Positions 37,286-46,783 of a stretch of 50,114 nt of DNA are shown here, one piece after another. The notes beneath the pieces are model-generated. The model did not search any database. It worked only from the letters and a program-made list of their open reading frames with translations, and was not told the DNA's origin. Source of the DNA: a virus (Duplodnaviria > Caudoviricetes); the IMG/VR virus record IMGVR_UViG_3300043639_000041, positions 1 to 50,114 of that record. One strand, given 5' to 3'. The translations under genes and the position numbers were made by a program. Numbering within the stretch: position 1 is the first letter of the stretch; the number at the start of each line of letters is the position of its first letter.

Positions 37286-37311
37286 CGTTATGAAGTGTTA
37301 TTCATGCCGGA

Positions 37312-39768
37312 TCAAGGCGTAGGCATCCCCTGTGACGAAGCACGCATCCGGGGCATTCCGCCGCCCGTGCCTGGACGATTGCCGTTGCGCCCGAACACCT
37401 GGAGGGGCGGGACACGCGGTCCCAGCCCGCCCGCCGTGGACGGTCCCTCCACGGCGTTGGTCAGCCCCTGGGGTCCCTGGGCGGACGGGTCCTGGGCTGG
37501 ATCGGCGGGACGGGGCGGTCCCTTGCCCGCGCCCTGCGGGGCGCCTTCGTCGGCCTCGCCGGGGGCCTGACCAGGACCGGGCTGGGGCGACGACATGAGC
37601 TGGTTCAGCGCCTCGATGCTGGGCATCCCCTCGGCGAAGGCATCGGTCAGATCGAGGTCGGCGCCCATGCGCTGGATGATCTGGCGCGCCAGCCACTCCG
37701 GGCTGATCCCCGGCACCCGCTGCAAGATGGGCGCGAGCTGCACGATGTTCTGCACGTCCTGGGCCTTGTTCGGCGCCCCATCGCCGCCCGCGTCAACCTC
37801 CAGGTAGACATTCTTGGCGATGGTCTGGCGGTCGATCTCGGGCCACACCGCGCCGGGTCCGACGATCTCTTTCACCACCTGGGCGGACACGTTGAGCATG
37901 AGGATTTCGCCGCCCGCCCGGGCCATGTCGGTCAGCATATCGTTCATGTCGTCGGTGACCGAACTGACGTCCGTGTGCTGGCTGAACTGGGCGACGCTGA
38001 CCTCGGTGGCGGTGGCGTTGCTCGTGGTGCCCTGATCGGCCTGATCGGAGCCCAGGACACGCAGCATGTCTTCGAAAGTCGGCGCGGTGTCGTAGACCGC
38101 CGGGTCGATGGGCGGGTTCTTCACCACCTGGAGCACGTCGTCGATCTTTTGGCCGGGCGCCAGGGCGTTCAACTCCAGGACAGCGTTCGCCGGATGCGTG
38201 CGGAGCTTGTCCTTGTCGGTTTCCTCCAGCACGCCCGCCGCCACCACGGTCTTGGGCCGGTTGGCCCGGCGGTGCTCACGTAGACCTTGCCGGGCGCGGT
38301 TCAGTTCAAGCTGCATGTCCCGGATCAGGTCGATATCGGACTGCGGGAAGAGCACGTTTTCGTCGTAGCCCTCGTTCAATACGAACGCGAACCAAGGATA
38401 AAACCGCGATATCTCGACATCCGGCGACGTGGGCTCCTGGAGAAAATCACAGTAGCCATCGCACACGACGTAAACCAGTCCATCCTTGCGGTGATAAATC
38501 TCCCAGACACACGCGTGTCCCTGGACACTGTCGCTGTCCCGCCCGCCCGCGTCGTAATGGCGGTTGACGACGCCCTCGTTCGTTTCGCCGTTGTCATCGT
38601 AAACCGCGTAGCCATGACCGATGTCCACGCCATAGACTTCCTGGATTTCATCGGGCGTGAGGATGTATTGCTGCGCCACCCAGTCGGAGCCCAGGAAGCC
38701 CCGGAGCGTGCGGCACTTCTTGTCCGGAATGATCGACGTGCTGTCCGGGTAATCGAAGCTCAGACCTTCGCGAACGATGAGCTGGGGCTCGGCCTGGAGC
38801 GCCTTGACGGCGAGGCCCAGGGCCTCGGCGTCGGCGCTATCGTGTTCGAACTCGCCGTCCGCCATGTCCTGGGCCAGCCGCTCGATGTTCGCCAGCCGCT
38901 CGCTCATGTCGGCGATACGCGCCTCGATGGCCGGGTCCATTTTCATCGCCCGTTGAAAGCCCAACTTGACATAACCCACGCTGGTGACGATGGCGCGCCG
39001 CACCGTCATTTTCATCATGGTTTTGAAACTATGGGTCTGCTCTTCGATGTTATATTGATACAAAATCTCCAGGGTGCGGGCGATCCGGTCCATGAGCTGG
39101 TCATACTGCTTGACCATCTGGACGTCCTGGAGGATCGCGTTGGCTTGCATGGCGCTTCGCATCCCCGCCGGTCCCGCCGTCAGCGCCTGTTGCATCCCCA
39201 TCTGGGCCTGTTGCAAGGACGCCATGCTCCCGTCCCAGACCGTGGCCATGATCTTGGGCCGGGATTTGGCCTTCACGGTGGGGTTCTGCGGATAGAGTTC
39301 CGCCGTGCGCTGGAGGACGTGACGCAGGGCGATGTTGGCCACGTAGCGTTCGTCCCGCTCGGCGTCGCGGCGGCGCTTGCGGCGGCGGCGGGTGTCGGTT
39401 TCCCACTGGTCGCCGTTGACGAAGCTCATGCTCGCCCGCATCCGCTCGAAAGCCGGTTTCCAGTATGTCCGCGCCTCACGCACCCGAGACTGCCAGCGCT
39501 TGACCAGCGCCTCCCGGGCCTCCCCGGGCTCTGGTGGCTTACGGGAAATGAGCTTCGCACTGGGATCGGTGTCGGTGATCGGCGGGGACATCATCCCCGG
39601 GGACGCCTCGTAAAGGCCCGGACCGGGCGGCGTGGTCATCGGCGGGGCTGGCCCTGGCGGGGGGAAGCCCGCACCGCCAGGGGCGCCTCCCAGGCCCGGG
39701 GTGTTTGGGGGCATCCCGGCGGCTGGAGGGGGTGAGCCGGGGTTCGGGGGAAGCATACCGCTCATCAC
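37312..39768 (-). CDS. Portal protein
   Basis: 818 aa coupled to TerL; GYVKLGF, VWEIY, YPWF, DMQLELNR; Pro/Gly-rich termini. Confidence 0.8.
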   Translation of the reverse strand: MMSGMLPPNPGSPPPAAGMPPNTPGLGGAPGGAGFPPPGPAPPMTTPPGPGLYEASPGMMSPPITDTDPSAKLISRKPPEPGEAREALVKRWQSRVREARTYWKPAFERMRASMSFVNGDQWETDTRRRRKRRRDAERDERYVANIALRHVLQRTAELYPQNPTVKAKSRPKIMATVWDGSMASLQQAQMGMQQALTAGPAGMRSAMQANAILQDVQMVKQYDQLMDRIARTLEILYQYNIEEQTHSFKTMMKMTVRRAIVTSVGYVKLGFQRAMKMDPAIEARIADMSERLANIERLAQDMADGEFEHDSADAEALGLAVKALQAEPQLIVREGLSFDYPDSTSIIPDKKCRTLRGFLGSDWVAQQYILTPDEIQEVYGVDIGHGYAVYDDNGETNEGVVNRHYDAGGRDSDSVQGHACVWEIYHRKDGLVYVVCDGYCDFLQEPTSPDVEISRFYPWFAFVLNEGYDENVLFPQSDIDLIRDMQLELNRARQGLREHRRANRPKTVVAAGVLEETDKDKLRTHPANAVLELNALAPGQKIDDVLQVVKNPPIDPAVYDTAPTFEDMLRVLGSDQADQGTTSNATATEVSVAQFSQHTDVSSVTDDMNDMLTDMARAGGEILMLNVSAQVVKEIVGPGAVWPEIDRQTIAKNVYLEVDAGGDGAPNKAQDVQNIVQLAPILQRVPGISPEWLARQIIQRMGADLDLTDAFAEGMPSIEALNQLMSSPQPGPGQAPGEADEGAPQGAGKGPPRPADPAQDPSAQGPQGLTNAVEGPSTAGGLGPRVPPLQVFGRNGNRPGTGGGMPRMRASSQGMPTP

Positions 39769-42143
39769 CAGCCTCCCTGACCGAAGCCCAGGCGAACGGA
39801 TTGCTCGGCCTGTTCGCGTTGCATTTTCATCCAGCCGAAGGTGCCTTCAGCCACTTCGGTCTGGCGGGCTTTGAAAGGCCCGGCGGTGACCTGAAGGGTG
39901 AGCCCCAACCCCACGTAGGCGAGCGTGTCCACGAAATCGTCGTGCGCATCAAAGGGGAATTTAAGCATCTGGTCCCGCGCGGCGGGCCACCACGCCGCCC
40001 GCTCGGGGAAGCGCACCTTGCCCATGGACATGCGACCCTGGATCGACTGGGCGCGGGTTTGCTTGTCGGCGATGGGCTGCATTTCGATGATCGAGCAAAA
40101 CGTCTTGGTTTCCATCATCCGCTTGCGCAGGAAAGGCCCGATGGACTTGCTGATGTGGCTGCGTTCAGCCCACCAAAAGACGGGTTTATGCGCCCGCATC
40201 ATGCGGATCATGCTTTCCACCGCCTGTTCCGCCGTGAGCATCCGCCAGACCAGATCGGGCAGGACCCAGATCGTGTTGTCCTCATCGACGCCGACGACCA
40301 GGAGACAGGTTTTATCGCTGTCCTGCTTCAGGCTGACCGCGTGATCGGAGGCGGCGTAAACCCGCAGGTTAGCGGGCAGCTCGGCGGGCCGGTAGGTCTG
40401 TATCCATTTGGCGCTGAAAAAAGCGCCGCCCGCCGGGCTGGGGCGGCCCTGGTAGAGAGCGCTAAAACCCCGGTTGTCGCGGCGCTGGAGCCCCAACAGG
40501 AAGTCCCGCCCGAACCGTCCGGGCCACAGCGGCTCGCCCTCTTTGCGCTTCAGCGGATCGGTGTCGGCGTCCATCGCCAGCGCGGGCATGTCGATGATGC
40601 GCCAGTCGGCGGCTTCCTCGGGATCGTAATAGCTGTTCGTCGGGTCGGTCAGCCTTCCGACCAGATCGTCCTGGTGCCATCTTGTATTGTGGCTTACCAG
40701 CCCGTTCGCTATGAAATTCGCGGTGCCTTCTACTTCAACATCAAAGACATACTCACACCCGGCGAACGTAATACTCGCGATTTCATCCAGCACAATCTCG
40801 TAAGTATCGAGCGGCCCGGAGCAATCGGTCTTCTGTTCGTCCGTAGCCAACCATGAGGTTGCAGTCGTTGCAAAGCAATCCTCTGACCCGCCCCGTGGCG
40901 TGATCGTGGTCAACGCATAATTTTCCGTTCCAATGCGCTCGGGTGTTGGCGCCGGATGGCAGCGCTCCACAGACAGCACAAACCCCGCCCTGGTCCACGA
41001 GTATAGCGTCATGCTCCGTGACTTCGATCCCGTATCGGTGTCGCAGGTGGGCGGCGCGGCGTGATCGTGGGTTATGCGAGGGGGACCGAACCCCCGTGGC
41101 CCATCGGGTCTGGCTGTAGTGTTCTCGGCACTCCCCCTTGCAACTAACCGGCTGTCCGCAGCCGTCACGCACACAGAGTTTCCCGCTCCAGGTGCCCTTA
41201 CGGACACGATCCGGTGCCCCGGGCGCAAGTCCCAAACCCTGACCCACTCTCTCGCTCCGTCGTTATCAACCAGGAATGGGTGCCGTTCGTTGGCTTTGAC
41301 CGTGCTGCCCGACGCCATCCTGATCGCGAACACGCAATCGGGCAGCGGTTGGCGTTTCCAGTTCTTAACCCTGGAGACCGAAACGCCGCCCGCTTCGTAA
41401 GTGGCGATCTGATCGCCGGGGCGGATATCGCTAAGGGGTCTTTCCGTGCCGTCCGCCATGAGGACAGGCGTGTCCCCGGTCATGCACTGAATGAGCATGA
41501 TCCGGCCCGTCTCGTCCATCAGGCGGGACGCGATGACCTGGGTGAACCACGTCCAAAGCGTGTCCCGGATCGTGGGTGAGTCGGCCTCGTGGCGATCTTT
41601 CAGGGGATCGTCGATGATCAGCACATCGCCGCCGCGCCCGGTGGTTGTCCCGCCCCGTCCCACGAAAGCCATGATGCCGCCCTGAAGGGTCTGGAGGCGA
41701 TCAGAGGCGAGGCTGTCGTCCTTCAGGACCACGTCCGGGAACACCTGGGCGAAGCCAGGCCCCAGCATGATATCACGCACCGCGCGGCCCACGTCCTGGC
41801 CGAATTTCTCGTTGTAGGTACCGAAAATCAGGCTCTTCTCGGGGTTCCGGCCCATATACCACGCCGGAAACATCTTAGACGCCAACTGGGTTTTACCGTG
41901 CCTCGGGGGGAGGCTGATGATCAGGCGTTTAATATTACCCTTTTCGAGTTCTTCCAGCCCGGCGCACATGATCCGGTGGAAGCGCTGGGCGTCGTAGCGG
42001 CTGAAATCGGGATCGGCGGCGTGTCCCGGGACAGGCATCATCAGACGGGTGAACGCCAACAGATCATCACGCGCGTCGATGGCGGCGATCAACCGCTTGA
42101 GCACCAACTCGTAACGCTGTTCGTCCCGGGTCATCAGGATCAT
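39765..42143 (-). CDS. terL: Terminase large subunit, intein-containing
   Basis: PPRHGKT Walker A, IIDDP Walker B, IQ/TRWH coupling motif, ALYQGRP, HDDFVD nuclease motif; start 42143 or 42134. Confidence 0.95.
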   Translation of the reverse strand: MILMTRDEQRYELVLKRLIAAIDARDDLLAFTRLMMPVPGHAADPDFSRYDAQRFHRIMCAGLEELEKGNIKRLIISLPPRHGKTQLASKMFPAWYMGRNPEKSLIFGTYNEKFGQDVGRAVRDIMLGPGFAQVFPDVVLKDDSLASDRLQTLQGGIMAFVGRGGTTTGRGGDVLIIDDPLKDRHEADSPTIRDTLWTWFTQVIASRLMDETGRIMLIQCMTGDTPVLMADGTERPLSDIRPGDQIATYEAGGVSVSRVKNWKRQPLPDCVFAIRMASGSTVKANERHPFLVDNDGAREWVRVWDLRPGHRIVSVRAPGAGNSVCVTAADSRLVARGSAENTTARPDGPRGFGPPRITHDHAAPPTCDTDTGSKSRSMTLYSWTRAGFVLSVERCHPAPTPERIGTENYALTTITPRGGSEDCFATTATSWLATDEQKTDCSGPLDTYEIVLDEIASITFAGCEYVFDVEVEGTANFIANGLVSHNTRWHQDDLVGRLTDPTNSYYDPEEAADWRIIDMPALAMDADTDPLKRKEGEPLWPGRFGRDFLLGLQRRDNRGFSALYQGRPSPAGGAFFSAKWIQTYRPAELPANLRVYAASDHAVSLKQDSDKTCLLVVGVDEDNTIWVLPDLVWRMLTAEQAVESMIRMMRAHKPVFWWAERSHISKSIGPFLRKRMMETKTFCSIIEMQPIADKQTRAQSIQGRMSMGKVRFPERAAWWPAARDQMLKFPFDAHDDFVDTLAYVGLGLTLQVTAGPFKARQTEVAEGTFGWMKMQREQAEQSVRLGFGQGGW
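40686..41486 (-). mobile_element. Intein (267 aa) in TerL ATPase domain
   Basis: Block A CMTGDTPVLMADG, block B ANERHPF, block F VFDVEVEGTANF, block G GLVSHN followed by Thr+1. Confidence 0.95.
40783..41247 (-). CDS. Zn-finger + endonuclease VII-family nuclease overprinted in -1 frame inside the intein
   Basis: RYGI...QGGVCAVC...LCVDHDHATGRVRGLLCNDCN; N-terminal CVRDGC...CREHY; GGAG SD 7 nt before GTG. Confidence 0.88.
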   Translation of the reverse strand: MGQGLGLAPGAPDRVRKGTWSGKLCVRDGCGQPVSCKGECREHYSQTRWATGVRSPSHNPRSRRAAHLRHRYGIEVTEHDAILVDQGGVCAVCGALPSGANTRAHWNGKLCVDHDHATGRVRGLLCNDCNLMVGYGRTEDRLLRAARYLRDCAG

Positions 42144-42175
42144 GGCGTCGCCATCAGGCTTCGGTGCCCGCCCTG

Positions 42176-42547
42176 TCAGGTCAACGTGAACGCGGCGGTG
42201 GTGACCGGCGGACCGAAGAGCGTGGTCGCCGTCGCCGTGGCCGTTCCCGCCACCAGCGTGCCGCCCGCGAACGTCGCGGTCCAGGCGCCCGTGGCGAGAT
42301 CGGCGCTGACCACCTGGTTGCCTTTCACGGTGGCACTCTGGGTGAGCGTCACCCCCACCTGGACCGGCGGCGGGCAGCTTTGATCGACCAGAACCGTGCC
42401 CGTGACAGTGGTCACCGCCGCCGCCGCGTGGGTTGGGATCACGGCGACGGTGAGGGTTTGCGCGTTGCCCGAAGCGCAGTACTCCCGCCATGCCTGTTTG
42501 AGATAGCGAAACACCGAAAACGGGTGCGGCGCCGCCGCGACCGTCAT
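42176..42547 (-). CDS. Small beta-rich (Ig-like) protein
   Basis: Thr/Val/Ala-rich, GAWTATF; ATGA coupled. Confidence 0.6.
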   Translation of the reverse strand: MTVAAAPHPFSVFRYLKQAWREYCASGNAQTLTVAVIPTHAAAAVTTVTGTVLVDQSCPPPVQVGVTLTQSATVKGNQVVSADLATGAWTATFAGGTLVAGTATATATTLFGPPVTTAAFTLT

Positions 42548-43152
42548 GGGAACGCCTCGACGGTAACCTCGTTGGAGACGGGAGCCTCAGCCGATCCAGC
42601 GGCGTTGCTGGCGGTGACGACACAGGCATACGCGCGCCCCACGTCATCCGCCACGAGATCGTAAGTGCTCACGCCGGGGCCAACCTCCAGGCCATCCGCG
42701 ATCCAGAGATATGCATACTGATCCGGCACGTTTTCCCAGTTCCCCATGGTGCAAGCCAGCACCGCGCCGTCCTGGGACAGGTAGGGCACGTCGATGTTGA
42801 CGGGCGGCTCCGTGGCGGCCTCGGCCATGGGACCCGGGGCGGGCGGGCTGAGTTCGCCGTCCGTGATCACGCTGTCGATGGGGTCGCGCGGATCAGGCGG
42901 TTTGACGAAACTGTCCAGGTAATCCTCGGCGCTTTCCTGGCTGATATCAGCCATCCCCGCCGCCACGGGGTCACGCGGATCGGGCGGGGCGTGGAACGCG
43001 TCCAGGTAGGCCACGGTTTCGGCGTCCATGTTCGGATCGCCCTCCGGGACAGGGGGTGGCGCGTCGGACCAGCCAAACGGGACCTCGTAGGGCGGGTTGA
43101 CGACGGGGATGTCCGTGGTTTCCACCACGAACGGCGGCGGGCTGTCAGACAT
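42544..43152 (-). CDS. Acidic protein with C-terminal Ig-like domain
   Basis: GNW...YAYLW...TYDLVADDVG...CVVTASNAAGS; GGAG SD. Confidence 0.7.
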   Translation of the reverse strand: MSDSPPPFVVETTDIPVVNPPYEVPFGWSDAPPPVPEGDPNMDAETVAYLDAFHAPPDPRDPVAAGMADISQESAEDYLDSFVKPPDPRDPIDSVITDGELSPPAPGPMAEAATEPPVNIDVPYLSQDGAVLACTMGNWENVPDQYAYLWIADGLEVGPGVSTYDLVADDVGRAYACVVTASNAAGSAEAPVSNEVTVEAFP

Positions 43153-43167
43153 GGAATTTAACTCCCT

Positions 43168-43410
43168 TCAACGGACACGCATCCCCGCGCCCCCGGCGCA
43201 GGTCAGCAAATCGTAACAAAACCACACCAAAACGATCAGCACGAAAGCGATCAGGATGATGTTCAGCACCTGCATCACGACGCCGCCCGCAACCCCCAGC
43301 CAGCCCAGCACGATGGGCAGCACGAGGCGGAACACCGCGACGACCGCGCAGATCACGATCAGCCAGATCAGCAAATTGACGAACCACGCGGCGCTGAAAC
43401 ACATGGTCAT
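43168..43410 (-). CDS. Two-TM membrane protein, holin candidate
   Basis: Two long hydrophobic segments, 80 aa. Confidence 0.6.
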   Translation of the reverse strand: MTMCFSAAWFVNLLIWLIVICAVVAVFRLVLPIVLGWLGVAGGVVMQVLNIILIAFVLIVLVWFCYDLLTCAGGAGMRVR

Positions 43411-43700
43411 TTTTCCCTTTTGATGCGCTCTTCAAGGCGCGCGACGCCTTCGCGCAGAGCGGCATCCGTCGTTTCCAGGCCACGCCTGACCTCGGTGACC
43501 GTCTTGCGGTTTTCATCCATCACGGTCCGCATCTGGCTGACCTCGGCCCGCAGGATATCCACGCGCCGCTCCAGATGATGGACGCTGGCGAACCATGACG
43601 CCGCCGCGATGACCGCACCCACGAGGGTGCCGGTGATGGCGAGGATCGCGGCGGCGAGGCCGATATTCGCCCGCAGCCACGATACGGCATCGTCTGCCAT
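43407..43700 (-). CDS. Membrane-anchored coiled-coil protein (lysis-cassette-like)
   Basis: N-terminal TM followed by heptad region ending VARLEER. Confidence 0.6.
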   Translation of the reverse strand: MADDAVSWLRANIGLAAAILAITGTLVGAVIAAASWFASVHHLERRVDILRAEVSQMRTVMDENRKTVTEVRRGLETTDAALREGVARLEERIKREK

Positions 43701-43726
43701 GGCATTCCCCGATCACTCCACCGCCA

Positions 43727-46489
43727 TCAATAGATCCGCCACGACGCGCCATCGCACCAAACCTTGACCGGCGTCGTTCCGCCAGCGGTTGGCGCGGCGT
43801 TCCAAACCGGGCTGGCGGTGTTGTCGGTGACGTAGGTCTTGTATCCCCGCAATCCAGCGGCGGCGGCGGGTAGCGTCGCGACCGTGAACGCCTTCGATCG
43901 GTAAAAATTGTTAAGGAAAATCGCCCCGCTACCCTTTGGGGTTATTTCGAGGCCGATATCCGTATCGGTGCCGAATGTTTGTATGGCTGGCGCGGAACCA
44001 GCTACCCGTCCAAAGACGGCTATATTGTTCCCCGCGCCAGAAGCCAGCACATTCAACGAACCCGTCAGGTTCAAACCAGCCTGGGCGACAAGCAAACCCG
44101 TGGCGGTAACGGCCCCGGAGCCCTTGGCCAGAAGATTGAGCCCGATATTGGTGTCACCGCCAAATGCTTGGACGGAGACGGAACCACCAAGAGCGGCACC
44201 ATTGAGGGCGAGGTTGTTCGCGCTTCCAGACGCGGGGGTCACATTGAATGAGCCCGCGACGTTCAGTCCGAGGTTGGCCTGAACCAGATTGGCGAATGAG
44301 TTGACCGCTCCCGTGGTGCCGGTTGTTTGGATCGACCCGGGACGTATCGCGCCAATGATATTCGTCGCGGTCGGGCCGGTGAGATCAGCATTGCCAAACA
44401 GATATTGCTGGTTGTTGTGCATGGTCACCATGAACGTATTGTTCGACCCCGCATCGACCACGCCATTGGTGTTGTTGATCAAATAAGTCCCGACAAACAA
44501 CATGAACTGCGTGCCCGCCGCGAGACGGATCGCGGTGCCACCGTTCTGATACGCCTGAATGAGATTGCCAGAATAAACATGGCCGACCCATTGCGGTCCC
44601 GCGACCGACAAACCGGTGATATTGGCGCTCGCGGTCGCCGGGCCATTCAGGATGTTCCCGATGAGCCGAATTTGGGTGCAATTCGTGAACGACAGATGCG
44701 CCGTGCTGTTTGGCAATACGCCACTAATCGCATCGAAATAGCAGTTCGTGAAACCAATCGCGCCCATGGCACCGGGTGCGGTGGCTACGAAAGATACCGC
44801 GCCGTGCAAATAAGAGCCGGTCCATTTGAACTCTTCATTGAACCCGGCGGTGCATGTGCATGTGACCGCCGTTCCGGTGTTGACCGTGCCGCAGTTATAA
44901 AATTGCAGCCCCTGCAAGTAGTTTCCGATTGAGTAACCAACCGCGCCGTCGATCAGATTGATATCGCTGAAAGAAATGGTCGCGCTATAGTCAGACGCAC
45001 CGCCAGCCACATAAATGCCGGTGCCCAGACCGGCCGCGCGCGTGCCCGGGACGTAAGTGGAACTAATGCGGCTGACCAAGGCCCCGCTCGGGGCTTGCGC
45101 CAAACTAAGGCCAATGGCCCACAACGATGTCGTGGAGCGCGAGACAAACATCAGATCATCGATGATCGCGGGCGGGGGTTGCGCGCCGGTTGGCGTCGCC
45201 GCGTTGACCGAGACGGCGATGCGCGTGGTCGATGCCGTCGCCCGCATGGAAAGCGTGAGACCAGATATGCCGAATTGCCCGGCATCGAAGCGACCGGTGG
45301 CCCCGGTTATATTGAAAGCGAAACCAGCCGCGTCGGCGTTCTGGGTGATCCTCACGACGGACGAACCCGCGCCGCGCACGAACACGCCTTGCGTGCCGCT
45401 TATACTGATTGGGATCGGCCCGCTGATCGCATAGTTTCCGCCCGGCACCCATATTTCCACCGGACGGTTCAGCGCGCGAGCGGCGGCGACCACGCGGTTA
45501 AACCCGTTGGTCGCGTCGGCATCAATCGGCAGGATATAATCCAGCAGGTTCAGGCTATCAGCCGCGCGATCCTGCGCCGACCGCGGCGTGCTGCCGCCGG
45601 TCGCGGTGTAGATCAGCGGACCCGTCATGCTGCCACCGCTCAGAGGCAGGAACCCGTTGAACGCCACCCAGGCCGTACCCGTCCAAATGAACATCTGATT
45701 TGACAGGGTGTCGTAGTATAGCGCACCCATGACCAGCGCGCCGCCGCCGGGCATCGCCGCCGGGGGGGCCGGGTGGGGTCCCAGGTAAAGCCCCGCGATA
45801 CTGGAGAACGCGATGACGGCCTGATTAGCCCACCAGCGGCTGGACCAGTGGTCGCCGGTCACGCCCATGACCGCCAAAATGTTGGGCGGTATCGTATCCG
45901 GCATGTGTTCAGCCCAGGCCATGCCGACATCGGCGTACGCCTGGGCGACGGCCTCGGAGCCGTCCGCGTGGTTGGCGGCGTTTTCCGCCCGGTCCGCGTC
46001 CGATGACGTGGACCGGGCATCGTCTTCCGCGCCCTTCGCCGCGCGCTCGCCCCGTTCGGTGAAAACGGCGGCATCACTGGCTTTTTGGTCCGCCCGGCTC
46101 GCGCTCGCCTCGCTCAGCGCCGCCGCCGCCGAAGCCGCCTGGACCGCGTTGAATGCCTGAGTAGTATAACTCCCGGCCTGTTCCACCATGGGTTGCAACG
46201 AAGCGACGGCATCGTCCGTGATATCGTCAAAAAGACCAGGGACAAACTGTTGTTTTCCAACGATACCCGGACGCAGCGTGCCGTCCGTGTTGAGGCTCGT
46301 GGCGGCCCAGTCAATCGTGTCGCCCAACACGACGTTCGTGCGGTCGAACTCCCCGTCCAGTCTGTCCCCTGGGGGCGGTGAAACCGGGTTGTTTACCTGG
46401 AAATCCGTGAACGAGAACTGCCTTACGGGTTCCACCGGCTGGGGCGCCAGTAACTCAGGCGCCAGGAGCGGTACAGGCTTTTTCGCCAT
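43727..46489 (-). CDS. Tailspike / tail fiber with pectin-lyase-like beta-helix
   Basis: LDGEFD N-terminal anchor, FLPLSGGSMTG, DADAT...WVPGGNY beta-helix start, C-terminal FTVATLP...CDGASW. Confidence 0.8.
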   Translation of the reverse strand: MAKKPVPLLAPELLAPQPVEPVRQFSFTDFQVNNPVSPPPGDRLDGEFDRTNVVLGDTIDWAATSLNTDGTLRPGIVGKQQFVPGLFDDITDDAVASLQPMVEQAGSYTTQAFNAVQAASAAAALSEASASRADQKASDAAVFTERGERAAKGAEDDARSTSSDADRAENAANHADGSEAVAQAYADVGMAWAEHMPDTIPPNILAVMGVTGDHWSSRWWANQAVIAFSSIAGLYLGPHPAPPAAMPGGGALVMGALYYDTLSNQMFIWTGTAWVAFNGFLPLSGGSMTGPLIYTATGGSTPRSAQDRAADSLNLLDYILPIDADATNGFNRVVAAARALNRPVEIWVPGGNYAISGPIPISISGTQGVFVRGAGSSVVRITQNADAAGFAFNITGATGRFDAGQFGISGLTLSMRATASTTRIAVSVNAATPTGAQPPPAIIDDLMFVSRSTTSLWAIGLSLAQAPSGALVSRISSTYVPGTRAAGLGTGIYVAGGASDYSATISFSDINLIDGAVGYSIGNYLQGLQFYNCGTVNTGTAVTCTCTAGFNEEFKWTGSYLHGAVSFVATAPGAMGAIGFTNCYFDAISGVLPNSTAHLSFTNCTQIRLIGNILNGPATASANITGLSVAGPQWVGHVYSGNLIQAYQNGGTAIRLAAGTQFMLFVGTYLINNTNGVVDAGSNNTFMVTMHNNQQYLFGNADLTGPTATNIIGAIRPGSIQTTGTTGAVNSFANLVQANLGLNVAGSFNVTPASGSANNLALNGAALGGSVSVQAFGGDTNIGLNLLAKGSGAVTATGLLVAQAGLNLTGSLNVLASGAGNNIAVFGRVAGSAPAIQTFGTDTDIGLEITPKGSGAIFLNNFYRSKAFTVATLPAAAAGLRGYKTYVTDNTASPVWNAAPTAGGTTPVKVWCDGASWRIY

Positions 46490-46605
46490 GGGCCAATGTC
46501 CTCGGTCGATTTCGCTCTTAGCGGTTTATGTTGGGCAACACCAGCCCCAGGGCCAGGAGCCCGACAAAGAGCGCACCCGGCACACCCGGAATAGTCCTGT
46601 TACCC

Positions 46606-46783
46606 GATGGCACCCGTTTTGCTGCCGATATGAAAGTTAGCCAACATCACGCGCCAAACCATTGTCTTTACGAGATAAAAGTTAAAAACACCAGCGTGTG
46701 GTGGCCCAAAGGGTGATGGCACCCGTTTTGCTGCCGATATGAAAGTTAAAAACACTGGCGTGTGGTGGCCCCAAGGGTGATGG
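46606..46783. repeat. Interleaved direct repeats: 34 nt (46606-46639, 46715-46748) and 42 nt (46678-46719, 46742-46783)
   Basis: Exact GATGGCACCCGTTTTGCTGCCGATATGAAAGTTA x2; near-exact AAAGTTAAAAACAC..GCGTGTGGTGGCCC.AAGGGTGATGG x2. Confidence 0.9.

Noticed and set aside
42144-42647. N-terminal extension of TerL in the ORF track
   Set aside because: Overlaps the better-supported coupled gene 42176-42547 and is Arg/Gly/His-rich off-frame sequence
43727-46489. Diversity-generating retroelement targeting the tail gene
   Set aside because: No reverse transcriptase and no TR/VR pair seen
46606-46783. Mini-CRISPR array
   Set aside because: Only two copies and the intervening sequence is itself repeated
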